Virus record (IMG/VR): IMGVR_UViG_3300048592_000418
Span: 38,005 to 102,004 of that record
Source of the DNA: a virus
DNA length: 64,000 nucleotides
Strand: one strand, 5' to 3'
Positions 41,878 to 50,536 of this stretch are shown here, one piece after another. Position 1 is the stretch's first letter. Each line of letters begins with the position of its first letter. The position numbers were made by a program, and so were the translations under genes. The notes beneath the pieces were generated by a model. The model saw nothing but the letters and a program-made list of their open reading frames with translations, was not told the DNA's origin and made no database searches.

Positions 41878-42659
41878 ATGAAGACGAACACGAACGAAAT
41901 CCTCCCGGTGAACCCGCTGACGGAATGCGGCTGCAAAAACGCTCGCACGCTTCACGCGATGTTCGGCGAGCTGATAGCGCTGAAGTGGATTCGTCAGATC
42001 ACGAACGTTGACTTGCTCCGCGCGAAGAACGCGCTCGCGGACATTCTGGCGAATGAAAGCTGGACGTATCCGCACGCGAAAGCGGATCTGAACGACCGGG
42101 AGCTTCCCCGCGGCGTGCGTCGCGTCGCGCTTCCGAGCGGATGGGCAATGTTCATCGGCTCAACTCGGATTTCCTGATTTTCACGATCATGAACACGAAC
42201 ACGAAAAACGACACGCGCGGGACGAAGCTGAATCAGCTCGTTTCGAGTTGGGTGAACATCGGACGGCCGGAGTCTTTCGGCTGTCGCGAGCATTACATGA
42301 AGGCGGACGGGCACGAAGTCCGTTGCAGCGGAACGTTCGTCGTCCTGCGTTCGAGTCTGCCGGCCGAAGCGCTCGAAGCTCTGCCTGATGATCGCGAACT
42401 GTGCGTTTGGGCGCAGAGCGAGAACGGCAAGCGCTCGCTTGTGATCGGCTACGGCGTCGCCGGCGATCTTTACGGCTGCGTGCGCATCACGGATCTTCCG
42501 CTCGGCGTGTTCTGGCCGCATCCGTATCGCATGGCTTACGAGGAAACGCGCGAGTTCCGCCGATTCGCCGAATACGGCGAGATCTTCGGCTGGGGAAAAA
42601 TGATCCAGTCGGACAATCAGAAAAAACTTTCCGCGGTCACTCCCGCAAGTGCGGGCTGA
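41878..42659 (+). other. Cassette I: ORFs 41878-42177 and 42189-42659
   Basis: MKTNTN and MNTNTK starts. Confidence 0.68.
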
Positions 42660-42688
42660 TGCGCGTTCGTTAGTTCGTAAATCGTCAC

Positions 42689-42722
42689 AATCCCCGGCTG
42701 GAAACGGCCGGGGATTCGTGTT
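42689..42722 (+). terminator. Hairpin closing the cassette array
   Basis: AATCCCCGGCTG-GAAA-CGGCCGGGGATT; weak U-tract. Confidence 0.6.
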
Positions 42723-42756
42723 GTGAACCGGCCGCGCGCGTCCACCATCCGACGGC

Positions 42757-43170
42757 ATGGCAGACGAGATCAAAGGCGTCGCGGTTCTGGATGATCGTCC
42801 GGGCGTGCCGCAACGTCTGTTCGTTGTGTGCTGTTCCGGGCACTACGGGCCGGGCCGCGGACCGCACAACTTCATTTGTGCGATTGCGTGTCACTCACAC
42901 GACGCGCCGCGCTCGCGCGATCCGGAATGGACGTATCGCATCGAAGGGAACCTGATGCACCTGTTCCCGTCGCTGCATGTCACGTCGCCGAGCTGGAACG
43001 AGCGCGATCAACTTTTCAACGGTCCGCCGGAAACGCTTTTTCACAACGGTTACAACTGGACGATCCCGTTCGTGCGATGGACTGAGAGCGGACGGCCGGA
43101 CACCGAAGACGAATTTCGCGGCGGACGCTGGAACCTGTGCCACGATCTGAACGCTGCGCTGCTGGGTTGA
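42757..43170 (+). CDS. Hypothetical protein
   Basis: Typical codon usage; stop overlaps TTGACA. Confidence 0.6.
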   Translation: MADEIKGVAVLDDRPGVPQRLFVVCCSGHYGPGRGPHNFICAIACHSHDAPRSRDPEWTYRIEGNLMHLFPSLHVTSPSWNERDQLFNGPPETLFHNGYNWTIPFVRWTESGRPDTEDEFRGGRWNLCHDLNAALLG

Positions 43171-43269
43171 CAACACGCCGAAGCGGGTCTGAGAGTCGCG
43201 GCGTTGCGCGTCCCGGTGGGCACGCACAAAAAACCAAACGCAGATCGCGCCGGCGGCGCACATCACAAA

Positions 43270-44079
43270 ATGAAGCTGAAACGAGTATATGACACCCAAG
43301 CCGAGATCCCGAAAGAATACCTCGCGCTTTACGAGGAACGGGAAGGCAAATGGCACCTGAAGCTCGAATTCGAGGGCTTGGCGCCGAAAGAGAAAGTTGA
43401 CGAGTTCCGCGACAACAACGTCAAGCTGACGAAGGAACTCGAAGATCTGAAAAAGCAATACGGCGACGTGACGCCGGAGAAGCTGAAGCAGATCCAGAAG
43501 GAAGCGCAGGACGCGAAAGACGCGGCGCGAAAAAAGGAAGAAGAAGCCGCGATCAAGGAAGGGAAGATCGATCAGGTTCTCGCGTCCCGGACGCAGGAAA
43601 TGAAATCCGGATACGAGCAAAAAGTCGCCGAGCTGGAAAAGACAGTGAAGCAGCGCGACGCCGAGCTTGAACGGATCATCGTCGAACGCGGGATCGCCGA
43701 AGCGGCGGCGAAAAAGAAAGTTCTTCCGACGGCCGTTGAAGACGTGATCATGCGCGGCAAGACGGTCTGGAAGCTGAAAGACGGTCAGCCGGTTCCCGTC
43801 GAACAGAAGGACGGCAAGGAAGAGCTGCGTTATGGCAAGGATGGTAAAGTGTTGACTTTCGAGACGTGGCTGGATCAGCTCTCGACATCGGCACCTCATC
43901 TTTTCGAGGCGTCCGCTGGAAGCGGTGCTTCCGGCAAAGGTGGCGGAGCTACCGGAGCACAAGCGAACCCTTGGAAAAAGGAGACGTTCAATCTCACGCG
44001 GCAGGGCGAGATCGCGCGCAATAATCCGGAGCTGGCAAGAAAGTTGGCGGCGGAAGCGGGCGCGAAGATCAACCTCTGA
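43270..44079 (+). CDS. Capsid scaffolding protein
   Basis: Coiled coil; APHLF..S.GSGA, NPWKKETFNLT.Q; directly upstream of MCP. Confidence 0.88.
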   Translation: MKLKRVYDTQAEIPKEYLALYEEREGKWHLKLEFEGLAPKEKVDEFRDNNVKLTKELEDLKKQYGDVTPEKLKQIQKEAQDAKDAARKKEEEAAIKEGKIDQVLASRTQEMKSGYEQKVAELEKTVKQRDAELERIIVERGIAEAAAKKKVLPTAVEDVIMRGKTVWKLKDGQPVPVEQKDGKEELRYGKDGKVLTFETWLDQLSTSAPHLFEASAGSGASGKGGGATGAQANPWKKETFNLTRQGEIARNNPELARKLAAEAGAKINL

Positions 44080-44124
44080 AGCACAATCCCTTCAGAACCG
44101 TTTTTCGTTTAGCTTCACACTCCC

Positions 44125-45108
44125 ATGTCAACCACCAAAGTCGCGGACGTTATCGTCCCGGAAGTTTTCCAGCCCTACGTGATCAATCGCACGATGGAGC
44201 TGTCCGAACTCGTCACGAGCGGCATCGTCGCGAATGATGCCGTGTTCGACGAAAAGGCCAACGGCGGCGGTCAGACCGTCAACATGCCGTTCTGGAACGA
44301 TCTGACCGGCGATGACGAAGTGCTGTCCGACAGCGCGGGTCTGACGCCGGGCAAGATCACGGCGTCCAGCGACGTTGCGGTTATCATGAACCGCGGCCGT
44401 GCGTGGGGCGCGAACGATCTCGCGAAGTGGCTCGCCGGTGACGATCCGATGGCCGCAATCGGCACGCTGGTCGGCGCCTACTGGGCGCGCCGGCTGCAAG
44501 CGACCGTTCTCGCGATCCTGAAGGGCATCTTCACGATTGCGAGCATGGCCGGCAATCTTCATGACATCGCCGCGGCGAACGTCACGAACCCGGCCGACAA
44601 GATCCTGATGGACGGCAACGTCATGATCGATGCGCTCGGCAAGCTCGGCGACGCGGCCGGCGGTCTGACCGCGATGATCGTTCACTCCGCCGTCGAACAG
44701 GGCATGCGGAAGAAGGATCTGATCGACGACATCCCGGACAGCGAAGGCAAGGGCAAGATCGCGACGTATCAGGGCCGGCGCGTCATCGTTGACGACGGCA
44801 TGCCGAAGGCGGCTGTCACCGGCGGGTTCAAATACACGAGCTATCTGTTCGGCGCCGGCGCCTTCGCGCTCGGCAACGCGACGCTGGATCCGAACGAGGC
44901 TGTCGAGACGGACCGCGATTCGCTCGCCGGCGAGGATTATCTCGTGAACCGCAAGCGCTCGATCCTGCATCCGCGTGGCGTGAAATGGCTCGGCGCTTCG
45001 ATGGCCGGCACGTCGCCGACGAACGCGGAGTTCGAGACGACGGCGAACTGGCTGCGCGTGTTCGAGGCGAAGCAAGTCCGCATCGTCGCCGTCACGACGA
45101 ACGGCTAA
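44125..45108 (+). CDS. Major capsid protein (SPP1 gp13-like)
   Basis: TKVADVIVPEVF.PY, NMPFWNDLTG, HPRGVKW, NW.RV. Confidence 0.93.
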   Translation: MSTTKVADVIVPEVFQPYVINRTMELSELVTSGIVANDAVFDEKANGGGQTVNMPFWNDLTGDDEVLSDSAGLTPGKITASSDVAVIMNRGRAWGANDLAKWLAGDDPMAAIGTLVGAYWARRLQATVLAILKGIFTIASMAGNLHDIAAANVTNPADKILMDGNVMIDALGKLGDAAGGLTAMIVHSAVEQGMRKKDLIDDIPDSEGKGKIATYQGRRVIVDDGMPKAAVTGGFKYTSYLFGAGAFALGNATLDPNEAVETDRDSLAGEDYLVNRKRSILHPRGVKWLGASMAGTSPTNAEFETTANWLRVFEAKQVRIVAVTTNG

Positions 45109-45131
45109 ACCGGAAACGGTTCGCATTCTCG

Positions 45132-45170
45132 AAGCCGGGCGAAGGGCGCTGACCCCGCCCGGCTTTTTTT
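45132..45170 (+). terminator. Rho-independent terminator after MCP
   Basis: AAGCCGGGCG...CGCCCGGCTT followed by a T run. Confidence 0.85.
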
Positions 45171-45238
45171 GTCAGCTCGTTCTTTTCTCTCTCTGTCCGC
45201 ACTCAAAACGTTAGCTCGATTCGGAGGCTCGAAAAATC

Positions 45239-45670
45239 ATGATCATCCTTAACTACTTCGCCCGCGGTCAGCGCTCGTTCGAGCGTCTGAACGAACTCGT
45301 CTTGGCGCTTTTGCGCGGTGCGCGCGCACCCGCTGCGGCTGCAACAAATGTCACGACGGCCGCTGACGTGACTTTCACGGCCGCGCAGTTGAAAACCGGA
45401 TTCATTACGCGCGATCCCGCCGGCGGCGCGCGCGCTGATTTGGTGGATACGGCCGCAAACCTGATCGCCGCGGCCGGTCTGAACCTCGCGGCGAATGGGC
45501 AGGCGGCGCAGTGCTTGATCCAGAACACGGCGGACGCAGCCGAAACGATCACGCTGACGGCGAACACTGGCGTAACACTGAAGGGCACGATCACGATTGA
45601 GCAGGATTGCGCGATTCGGATTGAGATCGTGCGGACGAGCGCAACAACGGTCTGCGTCCGTCAGGTCTAA
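45239..45670 (+). CDS. Putative capsid decoration protein
   Basis: Ala/Thr-rich beta-type protein after MCP. Confidence 0.55.
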   Translation: MIILNYFARGQRSFERLNELVLALLRGARAPAAAATNVTTAADVTFTAAQLKTGFITRDPAGGARADLVDTAANLIAAAGLNLAANGQAAQCLIQNTADAAETITLTANTGVTLKGTITIEQDCAIRIEIVRTSATTVCVRQV

Positions 45671-45714
45671 AAATCCGCGCTCCCGGCGCACAACTCACGA
45701 AAGGACTCCGAATC

Positions 45715-46137
45715 ATGGGACTCGCCGCATTCAATCTGAAACGCCGTCAACTCGCAGCCGCAGCCGAAGCGGCGGCTGCAAAGCTCACGCCGACGCCGAA
45801 GCCGGCCGCGAATCTGAACCCGGAGCCGCTGAAGCCGGCGGCGCCGGCCGCGATCAGCAACCCGGCCGTTACCACTGCCGACGTTGCCGGAACGCAGGAA
45901 ACGAAGCCGGACGGCGCCGCAGCGGGCGCGCAGACGAGCGGCGCGACGGCCGAAGGCGGCACGCTTCCGCCGGCGGCTGACGGCGGCGGCGAGCCGAACG
46001 TTGCGGAAATGACGATTCCGGAAGTCATCGAAGCCGTGAAGTCCGGTAAGGTCAGCCGGGAGCGGGCGGCGGAACTCGAAGCGGCCGGGAAGAACCGTCA
46101 GACGTTGATCAAGCGGCTGACGGAAGAGCTGGACTGA
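45715..46137 (+). CDS. Head-associated hypothetical protein
   Basis: MGLAAFN start; E..GKNR.TLI C-terminus. Confidence 0.6.
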   Translation: MGLAAFNLKRRQLAAAAEAAAAKLTPTPKPAANLNPEPLKPAAPAAISNPAVTTADVAGTQETKPDGAAAGAQTSGATAEGGTLPPAADGGGEPNVAEMTIPEVIEAVKSGKVSRERAAELEAAGKNRQTLIKRLTEELD

Positions 46138-46302
46138 TGCCGAGTCGAAAAAAGTCATCCCGCGAGCCGGCTGCGAAACTGTCGCGGCCGGCTCGCGTGC
46201 GTTATGCACAGCGGCGCAATCACTGGCGCCGGGATCGCCGTTTGCTGCTGAACGGCGGTTCCCCGTTACTCTTCAGCGGCGTCGCGCTGAAATTCTGAAG
46301 TC

Positions 46303-46734
46303 ATGAGCGTCCCCGGAACCGAATTCCAAGATCTGACCGCGCTGTCTGGCAACGTGCTGGACTCCGACGAAATCATTGTGGTGCGCGGCGGCGTGCCATA
46401 CCGCGGCACGGGCGCACAGGTTTTCGCGTCAACGCCGAACGCGCAGACGGACAGTTACACGCTCGTTCTCGCCGACGCTCGCAAGACCGTCACGATCAAC
46501 AAAGCGACGGCCGTGAACCTAACGGTTCCGCCGAACGCGGATGTCGCGTTCCCCATCGGGACGAAGATCCCCGTCGAACAGCTCGGCGCCGGTCAGATCA
46601 CCTTCGTCGCAGGGACGGGCGTGACAATCAATTCGCTCGCGGGGAACCTGAAGATCTCCGGTCAGTATGGCGCGGCCGTGCTGACGAAGCACGCAACGAA
46701 CGTCTGGACACTCTCCGGAAATCTCGCAGCCTGA
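46303..46734 (+). CDS. Virion fibre/decoration-like protein
   Basis: YTLVLAD...TVPPN..VAFPIGT...GAGQ...W.L.GNL. Confidence 0.65.
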   Translation: MSVPGTEFQDLTALSGNVLDSDEIIVVRGGVPYRGTGAQVFASTPNAQTDSYTLVLADARKTVTINKATAVNLTVPPNADVAFPIGTKIPVEQLGAGQITFVAGTGVTINSLAGNLKISGQYGAAVLTKHATNVWTLSGNLAA

Positions 46735-46826
46735 CGCCATGGCACAGGCGACGACAGCGAAGACGTTCAAACGGAAACGCGCGGTCAAAAAGCCGCGGCT
46801 GATTCCGAACCCGAAAGTGAACTGAC

Positions 46827-47339
46827 ATGCCGATCACGGTCACAGTCGAAGACGGAAGCGGAAAGACGGACGCGAACAGCTACGTCAGCGTTGCGGACGC
46901 GACGGCGATTCTCGCGCTGGATCCGCACGTCACGAATTGGCCGGCGGCGCTGACGGCCGATCAGAAATCGCAATACGTGATCAAGGCGACGGCGCTGATC
47001 GATGCCCATTTTGATTTTCGCGGCCGTCGGGTCTGGAAGGAACAGGCGCTTGCATGGCCGCGCAGCGGAGCGCAGGACAACGACGGCGTTGAAATTCTGG
47101 AAAACGAAATGCCGGCCGTGCTCGCGAAAGCGGCGGCAACTCTCGCGTCGCTGATCATCGAAGAAAACCCTGAAGCCGTTGACGACACACGCGGCTTCAC
47201 GCGGATCAAGGCGGACACGGTTGAACTGGACATCGATCCGAACGACCGGAAACCCGTGATGCCTGATCAGATCTCCGCGATGCTTCGCAGCATCGGGAGC
47301 CGCAAGGGAAGCACTGTGCGCAAACTCGTTCGCGCGTGA
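46827..47339 (+). CDS. Head-tail adaptor (DnaT-like family)
   Basis: VEDGSG..DANSYVSVADA, QALAWPR. Confidence 0.85.
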   Translation: MPITVTVEDGSGKTDANSYVSVADATAILALDPHVTNWPAALTADQKSQYVIKATALIDAHFDFRGRRVWKEQALAWPRSGAQDNDGVEILENEMPAVLAKAAATLASLIIEENPEAVDDTRGFTRIKADTVELDIDPNDRKPVMPDQISAMLRSIGSRKGSTVRKLVRA

Positions 47340-47342
47340 GTC

Positions 47343-47939
47343 ATGGGACTGAAAAGCGTAATTCAGCGCGCGGCAGTGACCGCGTTCCGTGCCATCGGCG
47401 ACATTCCGAAGGCCGCAACGCTCGTTTGCAAAAACGTCCGCGAGTATGATCCCGAAGCCGGCGGGAACCTCGCGCTCGCGCTGGTTTCCGACGCTGCGCA
47501 GGACGCGACGCTAACCGCCGGGAACGGCGAAAGTCTCGCGGCGCCGTATCCGACTTTCCGGATGACGGTGGACGAGCGCGAACCCGTCGGCGTTGTCCCG
47601 GCGACGCCGGCCGTCACCGTGCTTTCGGCGATCACGGAAACCGCGGACGAAATCAGCTTCACGTTTGGCGCCGACAACACGCTTCAGGAAGTGACGGTTC
47701 AGCTCGAAAGCGCCATGTTCGGCAATTTCGACGCACAGGAAATCAGCCGGGCGATTCAGCGCGGCGACGAACTGCTTTCGACGGATCGCAAGATCACGAT
47801 CCCTCGGCTGTTCCTCGGCGGGATTCAGCCGCAGAAGGGGGACAGGATCACGGCCGCGGATGAAGACTGGATCGTTTCCGGCGTCGTCTCGAAGGATCCG
47901 GCCGCTGCGCTCGTGACACTGGCAGGACGAAAACCCTGA
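47343..47939 (+). CDS. Head closure/neck protein
   Basis: Position; YDP..G, DRK, DPAA. Confidence 0.65.
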   Translation: MGLKSVIQRAAVTAFRAIGDIPKAATLVCKNVREYDPEAGGNLALALVSDAAQDATLTAGNGESLAAPYPTFRMTVDEREPVGVVPATPAVTVLSAITETADEISFTFGADNTLQEVTVQLESAMFGNFDAQEISRAIQRGDELLSTDRKITIPRLFLGGIQPQKGDRITAADEDWIVSGVVSKDPAAALVTLAGRKP

Positions 47940-48484
47940 TGGCCGAATACACGCGAAGTCTGAAGCTGTTCAATGCAGACATCGCGCGCTTTTCCGAAAA
48001 GTCCGCGGTTCAGGTTGAACTTTTAGTTCGGCGTCTCGCGATTGAAATTTACACGCGTATCACGCTGAAGACTCCCGTTGACACGGGCCGCGCGCGCGCG
48101 AGCTGGAATCTCGCACGCGGCGCGCCGGATCTTACCGTCGCGCCGGAGCGCGCGAAGTTCGCCGAGAAAGTCGTTTGGAAGGGCAGCGCGACAAGCGGCA
48201 TACAAACGCCGTCGCGGATCATCACCGTCGAACAGCAGCGCGGCGCCATGAACAAGCGATTCGCGGCAAATCAATCGGCGAAGATCGGCGCGCTGAAGGG
48301 CGCAAAACTTGTCGGCAAGTTCAATCTCGCGACGGTCTGGCTAGTCGAACCCGCGTTCATCACGAACAATCTGGATTACGTGATCTATCTCGAACACGGC
48401 AGCAGCAAACAGGCGCCGAACGGCATGGTCGCGATTTCGCTGATGGAAGTTGAAGCTGGCGTGCGGCGCGCGCTCGCCGCATAG
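47939..48484 (+). CDS. HK97 gp10-like neck protein
   Basis: TPVDTGRARASW, NNLDYV.YLEHGSSKQAP.GMV. Confidence 0.88.
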   Translation: MAEYTRSLKLFNADIARFSEKSAVQVELLVRRLAIEIYTRITLKTPVDTGRARASWNLARGAPDLTVAPERAKFAEKVVWKGSATSGIQTPSRIITVEQQRGAMNKRFAANQSAKIGALKGAKLVGKFNLATVWLVEPAFITNNLDYVIYLEHGSSKQAPNGMVAISLMEVEAGVRRALAA

Positions 48485-48495
48485 AAAGGGACATC

Positions 48496-48909
48496 ATGGC
48501 AGGATTCGACAAAGAGCGGGAAACGCTGGAAGCCTACTTCAAAGCACAGTTCAAAGCTGTGTCGGATTGGCCGGTGCAATATCAGAACATTCCGTTCACG
48601 GAGCCGGCTGACGGAAAGTTTGTGCGCTTCACGATCCTGAACGGCGAAAGCACGCGGCGGAGTCTCGGCGAGAACCCGAACCGCCGGCATCCGGGCGCCG
48701 TGATGATCCAGATCTTCGTGCCGGACGGCGGCGGCACGAAGTCCGCGCGTGAGATCGCCGACAAGATCGAACCGCTGTTTGCGGACAAATCCATTCAGTC
48801 CGGGACGAGCTGGATTTCATTCGATGACGTGAGCATTGTTCCGGTCGGAAAAGTGGAGAACGGCCGGTTTCAGCTTAACGTGTCCGCGCCGTTCCTGCGC
48901 GATGATTAA
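48496..48909 (+). CDS. Tail terminator (DUF4128-like)
   Basis: G...IQIF.P...GT, FQ.NVSAPF; precedes the tube gene. Confidence 0.78.
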   Translation: MAGFDKERETLEAYFKAQFKAVSDWPVQYQNIPFTEPADGKFVRFTILNGESTRRSLGENPNRRHPGAVMIQIFVPDGGGTKSAREIADKIEPLFADKSIQSGTSWISFDDVSIVPVGKVENGRFQLNVSAPFLRDD

Positions 48910-48968
48910 CTTTGACCGTTCCGGCGGAGCGGTTCACAACACACATGCAGCCTTAACCCGTTACCGTC

Positions 48969-50129
48969 ATGCCTGAAGCCATCACAAATCGCACGAATCT
49001 TTATTTCGCGGAAGAAACGGTTTTCAACGAAACGCCGGCGACTCCGCAGTTGATCGAACTCCCGTTTACGGGCGAGTCGCTGAAGCACAACAAGGCCACT
49101 GACACGAGCGCCGAAATCGATCCGAATCGGAACATTGAAGATTTGGTCGAGATCGGCGTGGACACGAACGGACAGATCAACTTCGAGCTTCAGCATTCGG
49201 CGTATGACAAGTTTTTCGAGTCCGCGTTTTGCAGCACGTTCCTTGCGGACACCGTTGCGGCCGTGACGTGCGCAATCGCGACGGCCGGTCAGACGATCAC
49301 CCGCAACACTGGCACGTTCAGCGCGCAGCAGCAGGGCGCGAAATACGTGAAGGTGGCGGGCGCCGCTACGCCGGCGAACAACGGGATCAAGCGCGTCGTG
49401 AGCTGGTCAGATACCGTCATCACGTGCGCGGCCGGATCGTTCACGGCAATCGAAGCGACGCCTTCGCTTACGCTGACGACGAAATACATTCGGAACGGCG
49501 TCAGTCCGAAATCATTTCTGATCGAAAAGAAGTTTGGGGACATCGCGCAGTTCATTCACTACCGCGGGCAAATCGTGAACGCGTTCGCGCTGGAAGTTAC
49601 GGCAAAGCAAAAGATCAACGGCAACTTCGCGTTCATCGGAGCGAAGGGCGTGACGCCGAGCGGAACGACAATCGGCAACGGCTCGCCGACGGCGAAGACG
49701 ACGGATCCAATCTTCCGGGCCGGCGCCAACGTGGGCGCGTTACTCGCCGACGGCACCGCGATCAGCTCCGGCATTCGCGCGCTGAATCTCGCCGTCGGAA
49801 ACAATTTCCGCGGCCGGGACGTGATCAACTCGAAGGAATGGGCGTCGCTCGGCATGGGCGATTTCGACGTGACGGGCGCGATCAACGCCTACTTTGTGGA
49901 TGCGGCTTTGCTCGCGAAATACTACGCGCACACGGCGCTGGCGCTGCACACGGGCTTCGTTGACGATCTGTCGCAGTTGATCGCGTTCACGTATCCGAAG
50001 ATCTATTTCACCGAAGGCGACCCGGAAATCTCCGCGAAAAACGAAGACGTGATGCTGAACCTTCCTTTCCGCGCTGTTTACGGCGGCGCGTCGAATCCAT
50101 TCACGCTTCAGATGGATTATCTGAAGTAA
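48969..50129 (+). CDS. Major tail tube protein
   Basis: E..F..TP.TP, FTGESL, S.EI...R, G.F.VTG.I.AYF. Confidence 0.85.
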   Translation: MPEAITNRTNLYFAEETVFNETPATPQLIELPFTGESLKHNKATDTSAEIDPNRNIEDLVEIGVDTNGQINFELQHSAYDKFFESAFCSTFLADTVAAVTCAIATAGQTITRNTGTFSAQQQGAKYVKVAGAATPANNGIKRVVSWSDTVITCAAGSFTAIEATPSLTLTTKYIRNGVSPKSFLIEKKFGDIAQFIHYRGQIVNAFALEVTAKQKINGNFAFIGAKGVTPSGTTIGNGSPTAKTTDPIFRAGANVGALLADGTAISSGIRALNLAVGNNFRGRDVINSKEWASLGMGDFDVTGAINAYFVDAALLAKYYAHTALALHTGFVDDLSQLIAFTYPKIYFTEGDPEISAKNEDVMLNLPFRAVYGGASNPFTLQMDYLK

Positions 50130-50153
50130 TTCCGAAACCAATACGATCCCGCC

Positions 50154-50396
50154 ATGAATCCACCGCTCGAAGTCATCATGTTCGTCAACGACCGCGGCGA
50201 AAGCGCTCCCCAGCCGGGCACGCCGACGCAACGCGTGAACCTGATTCCCGTTCAGGGCCAAAACTCGGATCTCGTTCCCGTGTCCGCGCAGGGGAATCTT
50301 TCCGGCAACGTCAACTTTAGCAACCTGACGCCGGAAGCGGCGGCGTTGCTCCCCGGAGGAAAAAAGTTCAGGGTCACGTTCGAGGAAATCCCGTAA
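50154..50396 (+). CDS. Hypothetical protein
   Basis: Between tube gene and terminator. Confidence 0.6.
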   Translation: MNPPLEVIMFVNDRGESAPQPGTPTQRVNLIPVQGQNSDLVPVSAQGNLSGNVNFSNLTPEAAALLPGGKKFRVTFEEIP

Positions 50397-50433
50397 CGGG
50401 GATCGGGCTGCAATTTGGGTTTGGGGTTTCAGT

Positions 50434-50473
50434 CCCGCCGGGCGTAGCGCATGCGCTCGGCGGGTTTTTTATT
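50434..50473 (+). terminator. Rho-independent terminator
   Basis: CCCGCCGGGCG...CGCTCGGCGGG-TTTTTT. Confidence 0.85.
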
Positions 50474-50536
50474 GCCGCGCGGCCGGCGCCGGCGCACAAC
50501 ACGATCCGAACAGAACCAAAACGAAAGCGAATCACC

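Noticed and set aside
19346-41880. ORFs beginning MLAKEPNMVPS, and minus-strand ...LGTMFGSFAS ORFs, as a repeated protein domain
   Set aside because: They are translations of the repeated promoter; the real starts lie just downstream
19340-42722. Classical integron with attC sites
   Set aside because: No integrase in the window; repeats carry promoter hexamers and lack the attC R-box/L-box layout
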